DNA of 63,895 nt, filler included, from Reticulomyxa filosa (GCA_000512085.1; 25 parts of 25 records of this genome joined end to end with filler, not necessarily neighbours in it), one strand, 5' to 3'. Shown: positions 26,171 to 38,852, counted from the whole stretch's first letter. Numbers and translations: made by a program. The notes: generated from the letters alone by a model not told the origin.

Positions 26171-27208
26171 AACTTTGGACTGTTGTGTCAGCCTCTTTGC
26201 TTGATGTCGCCATGATAGTTCAACAAAATGGAATGTACTTATTCTCAGCTGGCTCGAACTTGGTAAACTTCACAAACCAGTCTGCTGGCTTAAAACAATA
26301 ATTGGTAATTTCTTGGAAGTCGTTTGGCGCTGTTGGAACATATGCTTTGGTGATAATTGGACTAATCGTAGTCATTAAGTGTAAACGTTGGAAAGTGACT
26401 AAGTTCGTCTGAAATTCTTGTAATTCTACGTTCAATTCACCGCTAAATCGCAAGGACGATATTATGGTGTAGATTACTTTCGAAATTAGTTTATTTAGGT
26501 TATTTACATCTGACTTTATAATTCGCAACTTTTTTTGGCAGATCCCGTAGATTGCTTCGTTATCCAACAGCAAAGGAACTTTGGTGCGGTCCAACAGCCA
26601 GTGGGTCGCCAACAACGCATTATAATGTTCAACAACGCAAGTGGACAAGTTTGGTGAGTGGTAATTTTCAAAGCCAACTTTTGGTATCTTTATGTAGTCG
26701 ACTGACAAGCTCTCTAAAATCAAAGCACCCAACCCTGAGCCAATGCCTCTGCCTACACTGTGTTCAATTACAAAGCACATAACGTTGTTGCAGTTGTCGA
26801 AAACTTTTCTAAGGTAGTCAATAATTTGCTTGCCAATGATGTAATAGCCCTCGCAAAGTTATTGGCTGTATCCTCTTTCCTTGGACTAAGAGCTCAGTGT
26901 GGAAAATAATCACAAAGCGCTCATTTTTGCATCATCAATGACATTGGATTCCAGGTCAACCTGTAATTTCTTTTTTATTATACGTATAATGATAAAAAAA
27001 AAGAAAAAAAAACATACTGAGAGATTTCGTGTGATAAATTGTTCACTAACTGTTTCCCCAAAAATACTTTAAAAGAGTCATCTTTTCCTGTGCTTTCTTT
27101 TTGCTTGCCACCATTATCAATACCTTGCACAGTATAGTATTGCTCTCAGATGGCGCTGTCCAGTTGGATGCCGACCTGGCCGACTTCAATTGTTAAAGCT
27201 TTTCTCAT
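26171..27208 (-). pseudogene. Divergent alpha-tubulin (Retaria alpha2-type) pseudogene
   Basis: MRKALTIEVGQVGIQL..AI*EQY, VDLESNVID, HSVGRGIGSGLGALILE, VVEHYNALLATHWLLD, DNEAIYGIC, SLRFSGELNV..EFQTNLV; in-frame stops, frameshifts, broken GGGTGSG motif; intron retained. Confidence 0.9.
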
Positions 27209-27835
27209 TGTAATTATTTAACCCAACAAAACAACAGCGAAAAGCAACAAAAAAAAAAGGAACTACCTTTAAAAAATCAAAGGAAATCTTCACAGTTTGA
27301 CGAAGCAAATATTGTTTTTCTGTTTGTTTTGGAACCATAATAAAAAAAAAATCATTTTCGAATATGCTTTGGTATTTGCGCATTTTGTTTTTGCTACCAC
27401 TTTTTTGTTCGTTATTTTGTTGTTTTTGAGTTATTGCATTGATTGCAGAATTTGATGAACAATTACAAAAATATTGTACTATTTTCAGGATGTAAACTAT
27501 TTGTATGGTGCTGACGTTTACCTTTTTTTGAAATCTGTCAACATGTAAAAAAATCTACTAACTTAGTATTATTATTTTACAAAAAAAAAAGATCGAAGCG
27601 AGTCTCGCTGCCAAAAGACAAAAGTAATGAGAAGAAACACTTTTCACCGCTTTCGTTTACGTGTTCAGTCGAAATCGTCTTATCCCGGAAATGGGGACAA
27701 ATGGCAGATTAAAAATAAATCGGAAAAAAAAAAANNNNNNNNNNNNNNNNNNNNNNNNNNNNNNNNNNNNNNNNNNNNTTAATTAATTAANNNNNNNNNN
27801 NNNNNNNNNNNNNNNNNNNNNNNNNNNNNNNNNNC

Positions 27836-28965
27836 CAGTCCAAAAAGCAAAATAAAAAGATCCAAACAACATATAATTATCCAATCCCCAAATGCAACTT
27901 AATTCTTAGCGCTCGCCATATGCTGCATCGCCATATCGATTCACACCTTGCCAATCCATATCCGAAAAGGTCCCACAACGATTCTTCCGCGAACATAAGC
28001 GAATAGTCTGCTACCTTTGCGATAAATCAGTCGCAATCTCGCACTCAAGAGACGGCAAGCACACAAAATGCATTAAAAAGCTCGGCAGCGTTCCTACTCC
28101 CTTCACTATCACTAGTGTATTCATCGATAAATCCGGACATTGTTAACAATGAACAAAGTAACAATAAAACGTCCCAGAGTTCCATCCAGCAAACCTCTAC
28201 TCAAACACCCCCATACGCAATGACATAGTGCCACAACCAGACAATCGCACGAAACAACTTCGACCGACCGCTCCACCAGCTCACTCAAGTGAACACCCAA
28301 CCACAAATCGTAACAATTCATTCGATAGTCCACAACAGATTCAATCACAGCACCAACATCATGCCCGAACACACGACAGCATCAAGCCCCCCACACCACC
28401 TTCACTATCTATGCAACAACCGGACAGTCAGGAGAAAAATATCTTGCCTCCAACACTTGCAACGAACCTTCAGCTAAACCAGATATGACCATCCCTTCCA
28501 CATCATCAATACCGCCTCTCCCCAAGTCATCGCCAGCAACACCAATCGTTTCAAACGCGGACAACCAAACGCAGCCTCCAACAATCGCATTAATTAATTC
28601 AAACCAACATAATAACATTCAACAGAAAATACAACAACCACCAAGTATTGGCCAACAGAACAAAAAGCAGCAAAGCATACATCAACAAGACAGCAAGCAA
28701 TCGGACACACAACAACAAAAACAATCTGATAATCAAATGAGTGCGCAAAAACAAAGCAAAAGACACGAAGACTAAACTGTCATATCACCGAACAACAAGA
28801 CGAAAGCGAGCAACATCAATAAATCGAGCAATCACGAACGCACCAAGAACAGACAAAACAGCTAAGCAACAACAAACAGAAGTCAGAACGCCGAGCATCA
28901 TGTTCCAATTTGCCAAAAGAAACGATTAACAGGCATTGACAATCAAACTATCCAACATTCGCGCG
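27836..28965 (+). mobile_element. Probable N-terminal fragment of a degenerate CRE/R2-like non-LTR retrotransposon ORF
   Basis: Decayed C2H2 finger (YNYPIPKC...MLHRHIDSH), then VPQRFFREHKRIVCYLC...H..C finger, then Q/P/S-rich linker; intronless with strong A/C strand skew; no RT visible. Confidence 0.45.
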
Positions 28966-29065
28966 NNNNNNNNNNNNNNNNNNNNNNNNNNNNNNNNNNN
29001 NNNNNNNNNTTAATTAATTAANNNNNNNNNNNNNNNNNNNNNNNNNNNNNNNNNNNNNNNNNNNN

Positions 29066-30330
29066 AACAAGAAAAGTGTCGTCTTCACGAAGTGGCTGTG
29101 TAAAAACGCTTTTTGCAATAGGCCGTCCAATTTCGGTAGCATTTTCCACATTTGTTCAAAGTTGACATTAGTCACCTCCTCTCTCTCCACGACGGAAATG
29201 CTTGCCACAATCCAGCAATACGTCTGCAAAGAGTCCAAACCACGGCGTCGTCAAATCGCACTGTTCGGCGATACTAACTAAAAGCGTGCTGCAATTGCGA
29301 AACAACAATTGCGCTTGCAAGACGACTTCGGTGACACGTGGTATGCAACAAATGCAATACGATTGAAAGACCTGTTTCCGTTTTGATAATTATCAAACGC
29401 AATCGGATCAATTGTCCATTTTTTTATATTTTTTTTTACACACGTAAATAAATATATGTATAGGATTATGTATGTACCTTGTTTTGATTCTCTTAAATTG
29501 GACGAACGCTTGAGTGATTTAACGTATTTACTTTTCCTCTGTTGTATGTCGGTTTGTTTTTTAGCAGAGGTATTTGCGAGAACGGAGGTGTTGAGAGTGG
29601 AGTTCAAAAGTAGATGCTGCTGTGATCGCGATTGCGAATCCAGATCCGCATTCAAATCTACATTTGAATCTGCATTCAAGGATTGAGTTGGCTGCGAACG
29701 TACGAAATGTAAAAAAAAAGTGCGTTCTTGTTTGCAGTATTCGAATACTTCGTTTTCATACGTCAGCCACAATTGCGAAAACAGATCCAGTGCATATTCA
29801 TCAAAGTCCTGTTGTCCCTGCCAAAACGTGTTATTTCTTTCGCACAATGGATTTTTACAAAATTCTTCTAATAGGCCATACAAACAGCCATTGGTCAATA
29901 ATGAACTGAATTGCTCACCCCAAATCCTTGTATCTTCCTTATTTATATGTATACACATATATGTATATTTGAACATCTTATAATCATACAAAATAATTTT
30001 AAAAAATAAAAAATGGAAGAGACATTGGATTGATTGGGCCCTTTGACATCTTTGTATAGCCATAAGATTACTGCCAAAAGCAACGAGCGACAGCGATTTA
30101 CGATTTGCACGGCATTTGAGGTTTCCTCGCTGTCGGTATCGACAACTTTGGTATGCGACTTCGACGACATGCTACTTCTTCTCGCCTGAGATTTCACATC
30201 TACAGAGGGGTCTTTCGACAAGTGTTGGTACTCTAACATCGCGCGATTGAAATGTGCGCACAGCAGTTGATAAGTGTTTCCGTCCACGACCAAGCTGTTG
30301 GCTTGCTTTTGGCTATTTCTTCTTGGATTT
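29066..30330 (-). CDS. Internal fragment of a multi-exon helical protein (weak resemblance to retinoblastoma N-terminal domain)
   Basis: Exon-like ORFs 29943-30293, 29470-29940 and 29066-29410 separated by GT-AG introns. Confidence 0.55.
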
Positions 30331-30477
30331 ATCCTGTGTCAGTCACAAAGCATTCATTTCTTGTTCTTATTCTTGTTNNNNNNNNNNNNNNNNNNNNNNN
30401 NNNNNNNNNNNNNNNNNNNNNTTAATTAATTAANNNNNNNNNNNNNNNNNNNNNNNNNNNNNNNNNNNNNNNNNNNN

Positions 30478-30480
30478 ATT

Positions 30481-30513
<33 letters not shown>

Positions 30514-30673
30514 TTCTTCTTCTTCTTCTTCCTCTTCTCCAAACAATTCCTTCAAATCAATACTCGTACTTTGCTCCAATTCTTCTTCCTCATTACCTTC
30601 TCGAAACTTCGTTTGCTCATTCTCATTATCTTTTTCATTAACCAACATTGCTGTTGCCAATGAAGGTCGATTT

Positions 30674-30726
<53 letters not shown>

Positions 30727-31080
30727 GCTATCATTGTTCGCATTACGATTTACTCCACTAATTTTGAAACTTGAATTATGCTCAAATTGTCGCGAGCCAA
30801 CACGCTGCACTACTGGAACCGAATTTCTTCTTGGCACAGATGTAATTGGTATTCTTGGCTGTGGTGGAAGCTTTTCGTAGTTGACGGCTGTTGGAGGTAA
30901 TGTACTCATCCTGCTATGAACATGGGCAGAGGATTTTGTCGAGGTTGGGGAATGCATTATTGAAGACATATATTGACTGTCATTTGTTGATATGACAACT
31001 TTCTTGCTATCATAGTTTAGAGGTAGTTCTGCTATTGACGGAATTGACAACCGACGACGCTTTTTTGGTGGAGATGTCAT
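30478..31080 (-). CDS. 5' fragment of a nuclear protein with NLS, poly-N and poly-E/D tracts
   Basis: MTSPPKKRRRL (SV40-type NLS); frame open to the contig edge; may continue into 29066-30330. Confidence 0.7.
30480..30726. repeat. Coding trinucleotide microsatellites (TCA)n(TCT)n and (TAT)n
   Basis: Directly visible arrays at 30483-30537 and 30677-30726. Confidence 0.95.
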
Positions 31081-32204
31081 TGTGTCCTTTCTGACAACAC
31101 ACCCCCAAAAAAAAGCTCAAGATATCCCTTCATTTTCAATTTGTGACTAGCTCGACAACAACAAAGACTTAATACAATTTGAATTGGGAGGGAAAATAAC
31201 AAATATATGGCTTTAACCTTGCGGCTTTCCCACCAAAACACTATTTTCAACGATCTCCAACACAAAAGTTCCTTTACTTCCCTTTTAACTAGTCTAAAAC
31301 AACGAAACAAAAACTCTAATCAAAACTAAAAATTGACTTCCGTCACTAGGGTACCCTTTCCCATTGTTAATTTCATTCCAATTTCTACATTTTTAATGAA
31401 TACTTATAGAAAAAATTGTTGCTGAGATAGCCACCAACTCGCTTTTTCAACTAAGAAATAATTCATTCAAAAATAATTTGAGTATAATTGAAAAGTGCTA
31501 ATTCAAAATGATATCATATGGAAGCATTTGAGAATTCCTTTACATGAATATGCTCATAAATTTATCAAAGTAAACAAAAAATACCAAATAATTTGAAGGT
31601 CAATAAGTGATGCAATACTTTAACATAATGTTTAATGCATAGCCAAAAAAAGTTGTGACAATAGTCACAAGGTATTACACTATCTAAGTTAGCAGCATAA
31701 TAACTTTTGCATAAATCAACAAAATAGACATAATTATATACTTATTCATTCTGGTAATAAAATGTAATTATAAGTTTATAATCAAATAGTCAAGCAAAAG
31801 AATTTATTTTGTTAATCACTATAAATCATAATTATTTTGACAATATCATATAAAACATTTGCACAAAATTGTACATTATGTTTTAGTTTTTTTGTGACTA
31901 CTTATCAAATATAATTTGTATGTAATAAAAACAAAACAATTCATATTATAAAATTACCTGAATATTTTCGATTTTGTACTTGATTGTCTAATATAAAATA
32001 GATGATAATGTTATACTAAATAATAAATCAACAATATGGAAAAAATATCGCGCATAATACAAAATAGTAATTTTCTTTTTCGATCTATTAATTTTTATAG
32101 ATAAAGTAATGGCATTATTACTATACTATGAAATAATTTTCTATTGTAAAATATTATATTTGTTATTTTAATACATAAACAATTTTTGATTATTTTTTTG
32201 CAAA

Positions 32205-33330
32205 TACAGTAAAATGTAAAGTTGACACTAAAACGTCACTTTATATAGATGATTGATTTTCTACATGAAAAAACAACATTTGGACATAATTTTTAAAAAT
32301 ATCTACAAATCGTGTACTTTTTAAATATCATTTTGGTTTTTTATTAAATCTTTAATAATTATTTTGATAGTTGTCCTTTTTTTTTAGCTCAGTATAGTTC
32401 AATATTTGAGTTTTTTTTTAAAAGAATTGCGAAAGTAGTTTAGAATTTTAACAAATAACGTGCTATTTAGCGTTGAGTCAGTGCTGGAGTTTGCTCAAAG
32501 TTGCAAAAAAATTTCGTGTAAGCCAGAAATGTGAGTAAATGGAAGATTACGTTTAAGCTAAGAAAAAATCAATAAAATGACGTTCGTTAAAAGTACCAGA
32601 ACGAATTCAACGTCTTATTGTACGGTGGATGATTACTGGCAAATGTGTTAAAGCTGAAGAAGTAAAAAGAGAACTGGAAAAATGATGTTTTGCTTAATTT
32701 CATTTACAACAATAACTAGAATGCTTATGAAAAATATATTGAATGATCTTACTTTAAAGAAAAAACTTTTTTTAACAAAAAAAAAGAAAAAAGCAAGATT
32801 AGATTTTGCAAAGAAGTATAAGTAATGTACATTCGATGATTGAAAAAAGTGCTTTTTCTGATGAAAGCAAAATTAATTTAAGAGGTATTGATTGAAGAAG
32901 TCATTTTTAGAACATACCATGAGCACCACTTACCGAAAATGCAATAATAAAAACATTAAAATTTGTTTGTGGAAGCATAATCGTGTGGTCTTACTTTGGA
33001 GCATTAGGGTCTGGTTACATGTAAAATTGACGGATGTATCTCAAAGCATTTATTTGTGTTTAGAATATAATGAAGATTGGATTTCAGCAAGATAATGCCA
33101 CCAGCCAAACAGCAATTACAGTAAAAAAATATTGTGAGAAAAATGCGATCGAAGTATTGGATTTCACTACAAATTCTACAGATCTGAACATAGTGGATAG
33201 TAAAAACAAAAATATACAAAAAAAATTGACCATTTATATCAAAAGAAGATATTTGAAAACAATTTGAATTAGAATGTAAAAAAATTGACTATAAAAGTTG
33301 TTGAAAAATGATTGTAATTGAGACACTATC
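32205..33330 (+). mobile_element. Tc1/mariner DNA transposon relic: left TIR plus decayed transposase
   Basis: TA-CAGTA start at 32205; translation KKKLFLTKKKKKARLDFAKKYK..KKVLFSDESKINL..GSIIVW..QQDNATSQTA..EVLDFTTNSTDLN with stops and frameshifts. Confidence 0.9.
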
Positions 33331-33479
33331 TCCAAATCACCTTAATGTATGTAGCAGAATGTATTTGCTTTTTACAAAATTATTTGCAAGAATATGCTTC
33401 CACAGTAGATATATAATAACTACCGTTACAAACAAATAAAAACAAACAAAAACAACAACAAAAATTCTTAATATTTAAT

Positions 33480-33900
33480 ATGACCCCAAATCATCTTGCT
33501 TCATCAGTAACCTTTCACGTAGACTTAGTAGTACGATCGGAAATCATTTCATTATGTCTTCGCCAAATGTATTCTTTTTCTATCACTTCTGAAACGATTT
33601 ATTTTCGTTTAATATGAAAAAATCACTTTTATACAATCACTTTTGGTCAAGATTTGTGTTTTTTGGCGAACTATAAACGTAACTTTTTATGGCGCTTAGT
33701 TAACTTAGCCTTTTTGATATGCATGCGACCATTTAAACCATGGATTTTAGAATGTTTTTCACATTGTTCAAGGAGAACGATCTTTTATATGTTTGTGATA
33801 GTAGTCGCTGTAAATCTACTGCATCTCCAGATTAAATTAAGCGCCTCCAAGACTATAATCTATATCAGCCCAAGTTTTAGGACATCCAGAGTATCTTTTG
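33480..33900 (-). mobile_element. Second Tc1 transposase relic, convergent with the first
   Basis: YSGCPK..HGLNGRMHIKKAKLTKRHKKLRL*FAKKHK..KVIFSY*TKINRFRSD..YIWRR...MIWG. Confidence 0.8.
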
Positions 33901-34510
33901 CGTGTAATCGTTACACTGTTGAGGATGCTGAGGTAAACTTTTTTTGCTGTATCATGATTTATCACTAATTACTGGCCAGCCTCACGATATTGAAATTGGA
34001 TATTTGTTATACTTCTTCACTCAAATGAAAGAAATTTTTTCTTTCAATTTCGATGGGAAAACAGCCAAAAAATGATTGAAAATCATTGCTTGAGTGTTTT
34101 GCGATGTATGTAACATTGTAAAAAAGTGTAGGTCAAATGATGATACTCTTGAACAATCGCCGCTCAATGTAAAAGGGACAACACCACATTTTGCTGTTAC
34201 ATAATAGAAAATTTGGTGATGTGCCCGTACACAACCAAGCAAAAGACGTACAAAAAAAAACAGGATATGGAAAAACACACATTCAATAATACAACCAAAC
34301 AAAACAGGTCACACATAAATCTCCCTTCGTTTTGGTTCTGATCACAGACCAATGAAATAGAAAATATGAAGAGTTTTGGTGAGACTAGCGTAGTCACAAA
34401 AAAAAAGAAAAAAAAGATTACACACAATTAAAAGCAACAAGACAAGAAAAAGAAAAACGGAAAAAGGGATTGAATACGATTAAAAAAAAAAGAAAAGGAT
34501 ATAAGTGGAT

Positions 34511-35400
34511 CTACCCAACAGTATTTTGAGTAAGCAACTTGTCTCTGGCTTTCAAAATAACCATGCGGTGAATATGTTTGGTGATTTCAATTTCTTGCAA
34601 CATTTTGTCGTCCAAAACCACTAAAATTGCACCGTCGATAGCTGCAAACAAATAAATAGAAAAGCAATAATAATAACAATAAACATAAAAAACAAAAGTA
34701 TTGGTGCAAGGTGGCTATAATGCAAAACAGAAAAAAAAAAAAAATAATTTTAACCATTCTTTTCAAAGTTGACAGCATATCCGACATAAGCATCACCCAA
34801 CGACGAAATCCATCGGACACAGTCTTGTATTGTCCACTGTGCAATTGGACGAGAATTGGACAGAAGGGGTTTTGCGGATGCCAAAGGCGCATGATCGGTG
34901 TCATGGGATTGAGTATCATATGTGGCCGAAGATGATCCCACCGTGTCGACATGAATGGTCATTTCACGCAAAGACTGTCTATTTTTTGTGTGTTTTAGGA
35001 TTGAAGTCAATGGAGCATTGTGATGATTGCCTCCATTGATGACTCTGTTGTTATCACCTGACGTCATCGTCTCATTCTGACGATGATTATTATTATTCAC
35101 AGTAGTTTTGTTATTGTTTTTGAAGGCGTCACTGGAAATGTGAGGCGACAAACTCGTAGCAATAGTGGCAGTTGGTTTGTTCATTTTGACTCCAATGTTA
35201 GAACTCTTATCGGTGGTATGTGACTTCACATCATTGGCGAGTTCCTGTTTGTTTATTTTTTCTACAAAAAACCGCCCCATTTGATGTGGAGTTTCTGGGT
35301 GCATATCTTCGTCGAATCGCGAGTCGGATTGACTTAACTCCTCCATCGGCGTGGCAGGTGGGGAGTGTTCATTTTCATTTTTATTTAATACACTTTCACT
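34511..35400 (-). CDS. SAM-domain protein, 3' fragment
   Basis: PIAQWTIQDCVRWISSLG..YAVNFEKN[intron]AIDGAILVVLDDKMLQEIEITKHIHRMVILKA is a SAM consensus match. Confidence 0.88.
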
Positions 35401-35612
35401 CTATGTTCCCCCCCCCCNNNNNNNNNNNNNNNNNNNNNNNNNNNNNNNNNNNNNNNNNNNNTTAATTAATTAANNNNNNNNNNNNNNNNNNNNNNNNNNN
35501 NNNNNNNNNNNNNNNNNTTTTTTTTTTTTTTCTCTTCACAAATTTTTATCTCCATTTTTTCTAACATCTTAAAAAAAAGACTTATACCGAAGGGTAAAAA
35601 AAAAATGAACTA

Positions 35613-36060
35613 GTGAACATTGATGAAAAAACAAGCATTGAACCAGCACCCAAAAAATTAGAACAACAAGAAGAGTCCTCATGTAAGATGAATGATTTGT
35701 TTTCGCATTTGGTGCCATTCGGCAGCAATCACAGTCATAGCCACATCAATTTGAAAGGTTTCAAAGACAAGGAACAGCCAACGGAGCATCATGCACAAGT
35801 GGTCAGTGACAACGACGCCCTTTGCAAGCCCAACATAACGAAGATAACAAGTGGATCGGCGATAATTCTCAAGTCAATATCTTGGACTATTTTTGGTGCA
35901 ATACCGCAGATACAAATAAACATAATAATAATAATTTTAAAAAATATCCATTTGAATATTTTGTGATTATATCAAACATAATTAAAAAAAAAAGTCAATG
36001 ACATTGCTTTGACTTTGAGAAGGATTGGATATGACAAACACATGACGTCAATGTTTGAAT
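35613..36060 (+). pseudogene. Degenerate histone H4-like/histone-fold sequence with N-terminal extension
   Basis: HAQVVSDNDALCKPNITKI..KSISWTIF...VNDIALTLRRIG parallels H4 [28 protein letters not shown]...AMDVVYALKRQG; two in-frame stops. Confidence 0.4.
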
Positions 36061-36073
36061 GTGAAACAAAGAT

Positions 36074-36417
36074 GTGAAAAATTCAACGTCGTCGACAGTG
36101 CCAATACCAACGCCAACGCCGACAACAACAACAGCAACGACAATTGCAACGACCGACCAGATATTTCAAACTTTGAATGAGTTGACTATTCCACTAATTA
36201 AATCTCAATGTGTGTTGCACAAACATGAAATCCTCATTTGTGGATGCTACAACCAAAACTCTTGTTATTCTTATCATAAAACTAAAAATGAATATAATTT
36301 TATTTGTGATTATCCAGTTGATGTTATATTATGGTGACTGTGTAGTGAAATTAGTATATAACAACAAAAACAGTAATCAAATCACTTTGTTGTCTTTTGG
36401 TGGACATTCCAAACATA
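36074..36417 (+). pseudogene. Kelch-like gene fragment (paralog of 46559-47802) disrupted by a frameshift and a Tc1 insertion
   Basis: FQTLNELTIPLIKSQCVLHKHEILICG..CYSYH..KNEYNFICDYP..CVVKLV..ITLLSFGG..KH aligns with the intact copy. Confidence 0.85.
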
Positions 36418-36572
36418 CAGTAGGTTGCAAAAAAAACTGAACACCTAAAATGCCACCTTATGAAGATGATAGATTTTCTTAATGAAAAATAAATATTTAA
36501 AGCTAATTTTTTTTAAAAAAAATATCTACAAGTCTTGTAGTTTTTAAATATGATATTGATTTTTGAATAACT
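36416..36572 (+). mobile_element. Tc1-family left TIR inserted at TA
   Basis: TA-CAGTAGG...AAAATGCCAC...AATATCTACAA similar to 32207 and 38634. Confidence 0.8.
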
Positions 36573-37203
36573 NNNNNNNNNNNNNNNNNNNNNNNNNNNN
36601 NNNNNNNNNNNNNNNNTTAATTAATTAANNNNNNNNNNNNNNNNNNNNNNNNNNNNNNNNNNNNNNNNNNNNTGATTTTGATTAGTTGTACAAATAAAAC
36701 GTGTGGAGTAAGGTACTTAGTTAAACTTTTAAAATTTTTGTATAAACTGTGGAAGGAAACAAACCACAACGTTTTTGCCGTATTTTAATTTGGGACAACA
36801 AAGTCAGAAAGAGAGTATATATTATTTGTGCTAGTTTTTTTTGTTCTGTTTATTTACATAAGCAGTGAACTTTAAGGTGTCTCGCTCACCTTTGGAGAGT
36901 GTTTAAAGATTATAGTAAATAGTCTGAGTACACGAAAAACCAACCAATCGATATACGTAATGACAGTTTTGGTCTTTACGTGACAATTCGAAACTTTTAA
37001 TCTACTAACACTTTTCGTAAAAATAACCAAATTTATTTAAAACGTAACTCAAAAAGGAAGCATAAATGGTAATTTATTACACTATGCTGTTTACTATGTA
37101 CGACACATTGCAGAACAAATTCGCAAATAAGCCAGTTGTTAGGACCTTTTTGTGTTTCAAAATTGTTTTCATTGTGAGATCATCTGATCCAACATTGTGA
37201 AGA

Positions 37204-38390
37204 ATGAGTACGAAGGACAAAGCGACGCAGCAACTTGCCGAAGCATATTTGGTGATACTTTCTAAGTATTTGTTTGACATTATGTTCAATGTTGTAACAA
37301 AGAGACACGTTCTGTCCAAAACAGAGAGAAAAAAAGGTGAAAGCAATTTTGGAGAATTGGCTTCGATCGTTAAAGATTGACTTAGGATGGATTGATGATT
37401 ACAACAAAATCATAGCGCGCTACGTTAAGCATTTTGTTTAGTTATCATTTTTTTTTTTTTTTTTTTTTTGCAAACAAATTTTTTTTTTTTAAATAAAAAA
37501 AATTGGTAGATAAAATATTTCAAATTATTAAAACTCTTCAAAGCATATAGTTCAGTGAAAAGCGCAAAATTTTCACCAGATGGCAGTACGATTGCAGCAG
37601 CTTGCGAAGATCGGCCCATTCAATTGTGGAATGTAGAGAAGGGTAATGAACTCAAATATTTGAGTGGACATTCGGATTGGATAACCAAAGTGCATTTTTC
37701 ATCCGATGGCAAGATGCTTGTATCGAGCTCTTGGGATGAACATGTGATATTGTGGAAACTGTCATTAAAAAATCCAGCGATCAAATTGAAGGGTCATTCA
37801 CAAGCAGTAACAGGAGTGCAATTTTCTCCGGATGATAATATCATTGCATCTTGCTCACGAGATGGAACTATTCGAATTTGGGATGTTGATTCAGAACGGG
37901 AGATTAAAAAACTGGTGGGACATTCGGGATTTATCAGTGATGTTTCATTTTCACACAATGGTCAAATGATTGTATCAGCATCTTATGATAAAACTATTGC
38001 AATTTGGATTGTGCATTCTGGTGAAATGATATGGCACTTGCAAAGACATTCGGACTGGGTGCAAGCTGCAAAATTTTCTCCAGATGGTCGCATGGTGGTG
38101 TCTTCCTCGTGGGATAAGACAATTCGAGTATGGGATTTGAAGACTGGCAAAGAAGTCTTGATATTGAGAGGGCATTTGCAATGGGTTACAGATGCACAAT
38201 TTTCTCCAGATGGTCAAACTATTGTATCGGGCTCTGCTGATAAAACAATTCGATTGTGGGACTCCAAAACAGGGCAAGAAATCCAAACTTTGGAGGGACA
38301 TTCCAAAGGTGTTAATGAAGTTACTTATTCCCAGATGGATACACTATCTTGTCGGCCTCGTCCGATGGAAGAGTCCGATTGTGGGGATAG
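37204..38390 (+). CDS. WD40-repeat protein (regular GH..FSPDG..WD repeats) with N-terminal box exon
   Basis: About 7 WD40 repeats; upstream exons MSTKDK.. and VKAILENWLRSLKIDLGWIDDYNKIIARY; one C-run indel near 38330 restores the end YSPDGYTILSASSDGRVRLWG*. Confidence 0.9.
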
Positions 38391-38631
38391 GTTTGGATTA
38401 TATTTGAGCTATTTCAATTTTAAAATTATTTGTTGTTGTTGTTGTGTAAATGATGCTGTAACTTAAATAAAAATGTTAAAGCAAAATAAGTGATGGAATA
38501 ATTGGTTCAGAATTTTCTTTTTTCTATGTAAATGTAATATTAAACAAGTTTATGAAAATAACATTTGGTACATCTTACATACTTACATATTTCAATTTTT
38601 ACAATTTTAATGCACAGAATTTTATTGGACT

Positions 38632-38752
38632 TACAGTAGGATAAAAAAGAAAGTTGACACATAAAATGCCACATTGTAGAGATTATTGTGTTTTTCCATG
38701 AAAAAACAACATTTAGTCAAAATTTTTTTTTATTTAAAAAAATATCTACGAA
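38632..38752 (+). mobile_element. Tc1-family left TIR
   Basis: TA-CAGTAGG..AAAGTTGACAC..CATGAAAAAACAACATTT..AATATCTAC matches 32207-32310. Confidence 0.8.
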
Positions 38753-38852
38753 NNNNNNNNNNNNNNNNNNNNNNNNNNNNNNNNNNNNNNNNNNNNTTAA
38801 TTAATTAANNNNNNNNNNNNNNNNNNNNNNNNNNNNNNNNNNNNNNNNNNNN

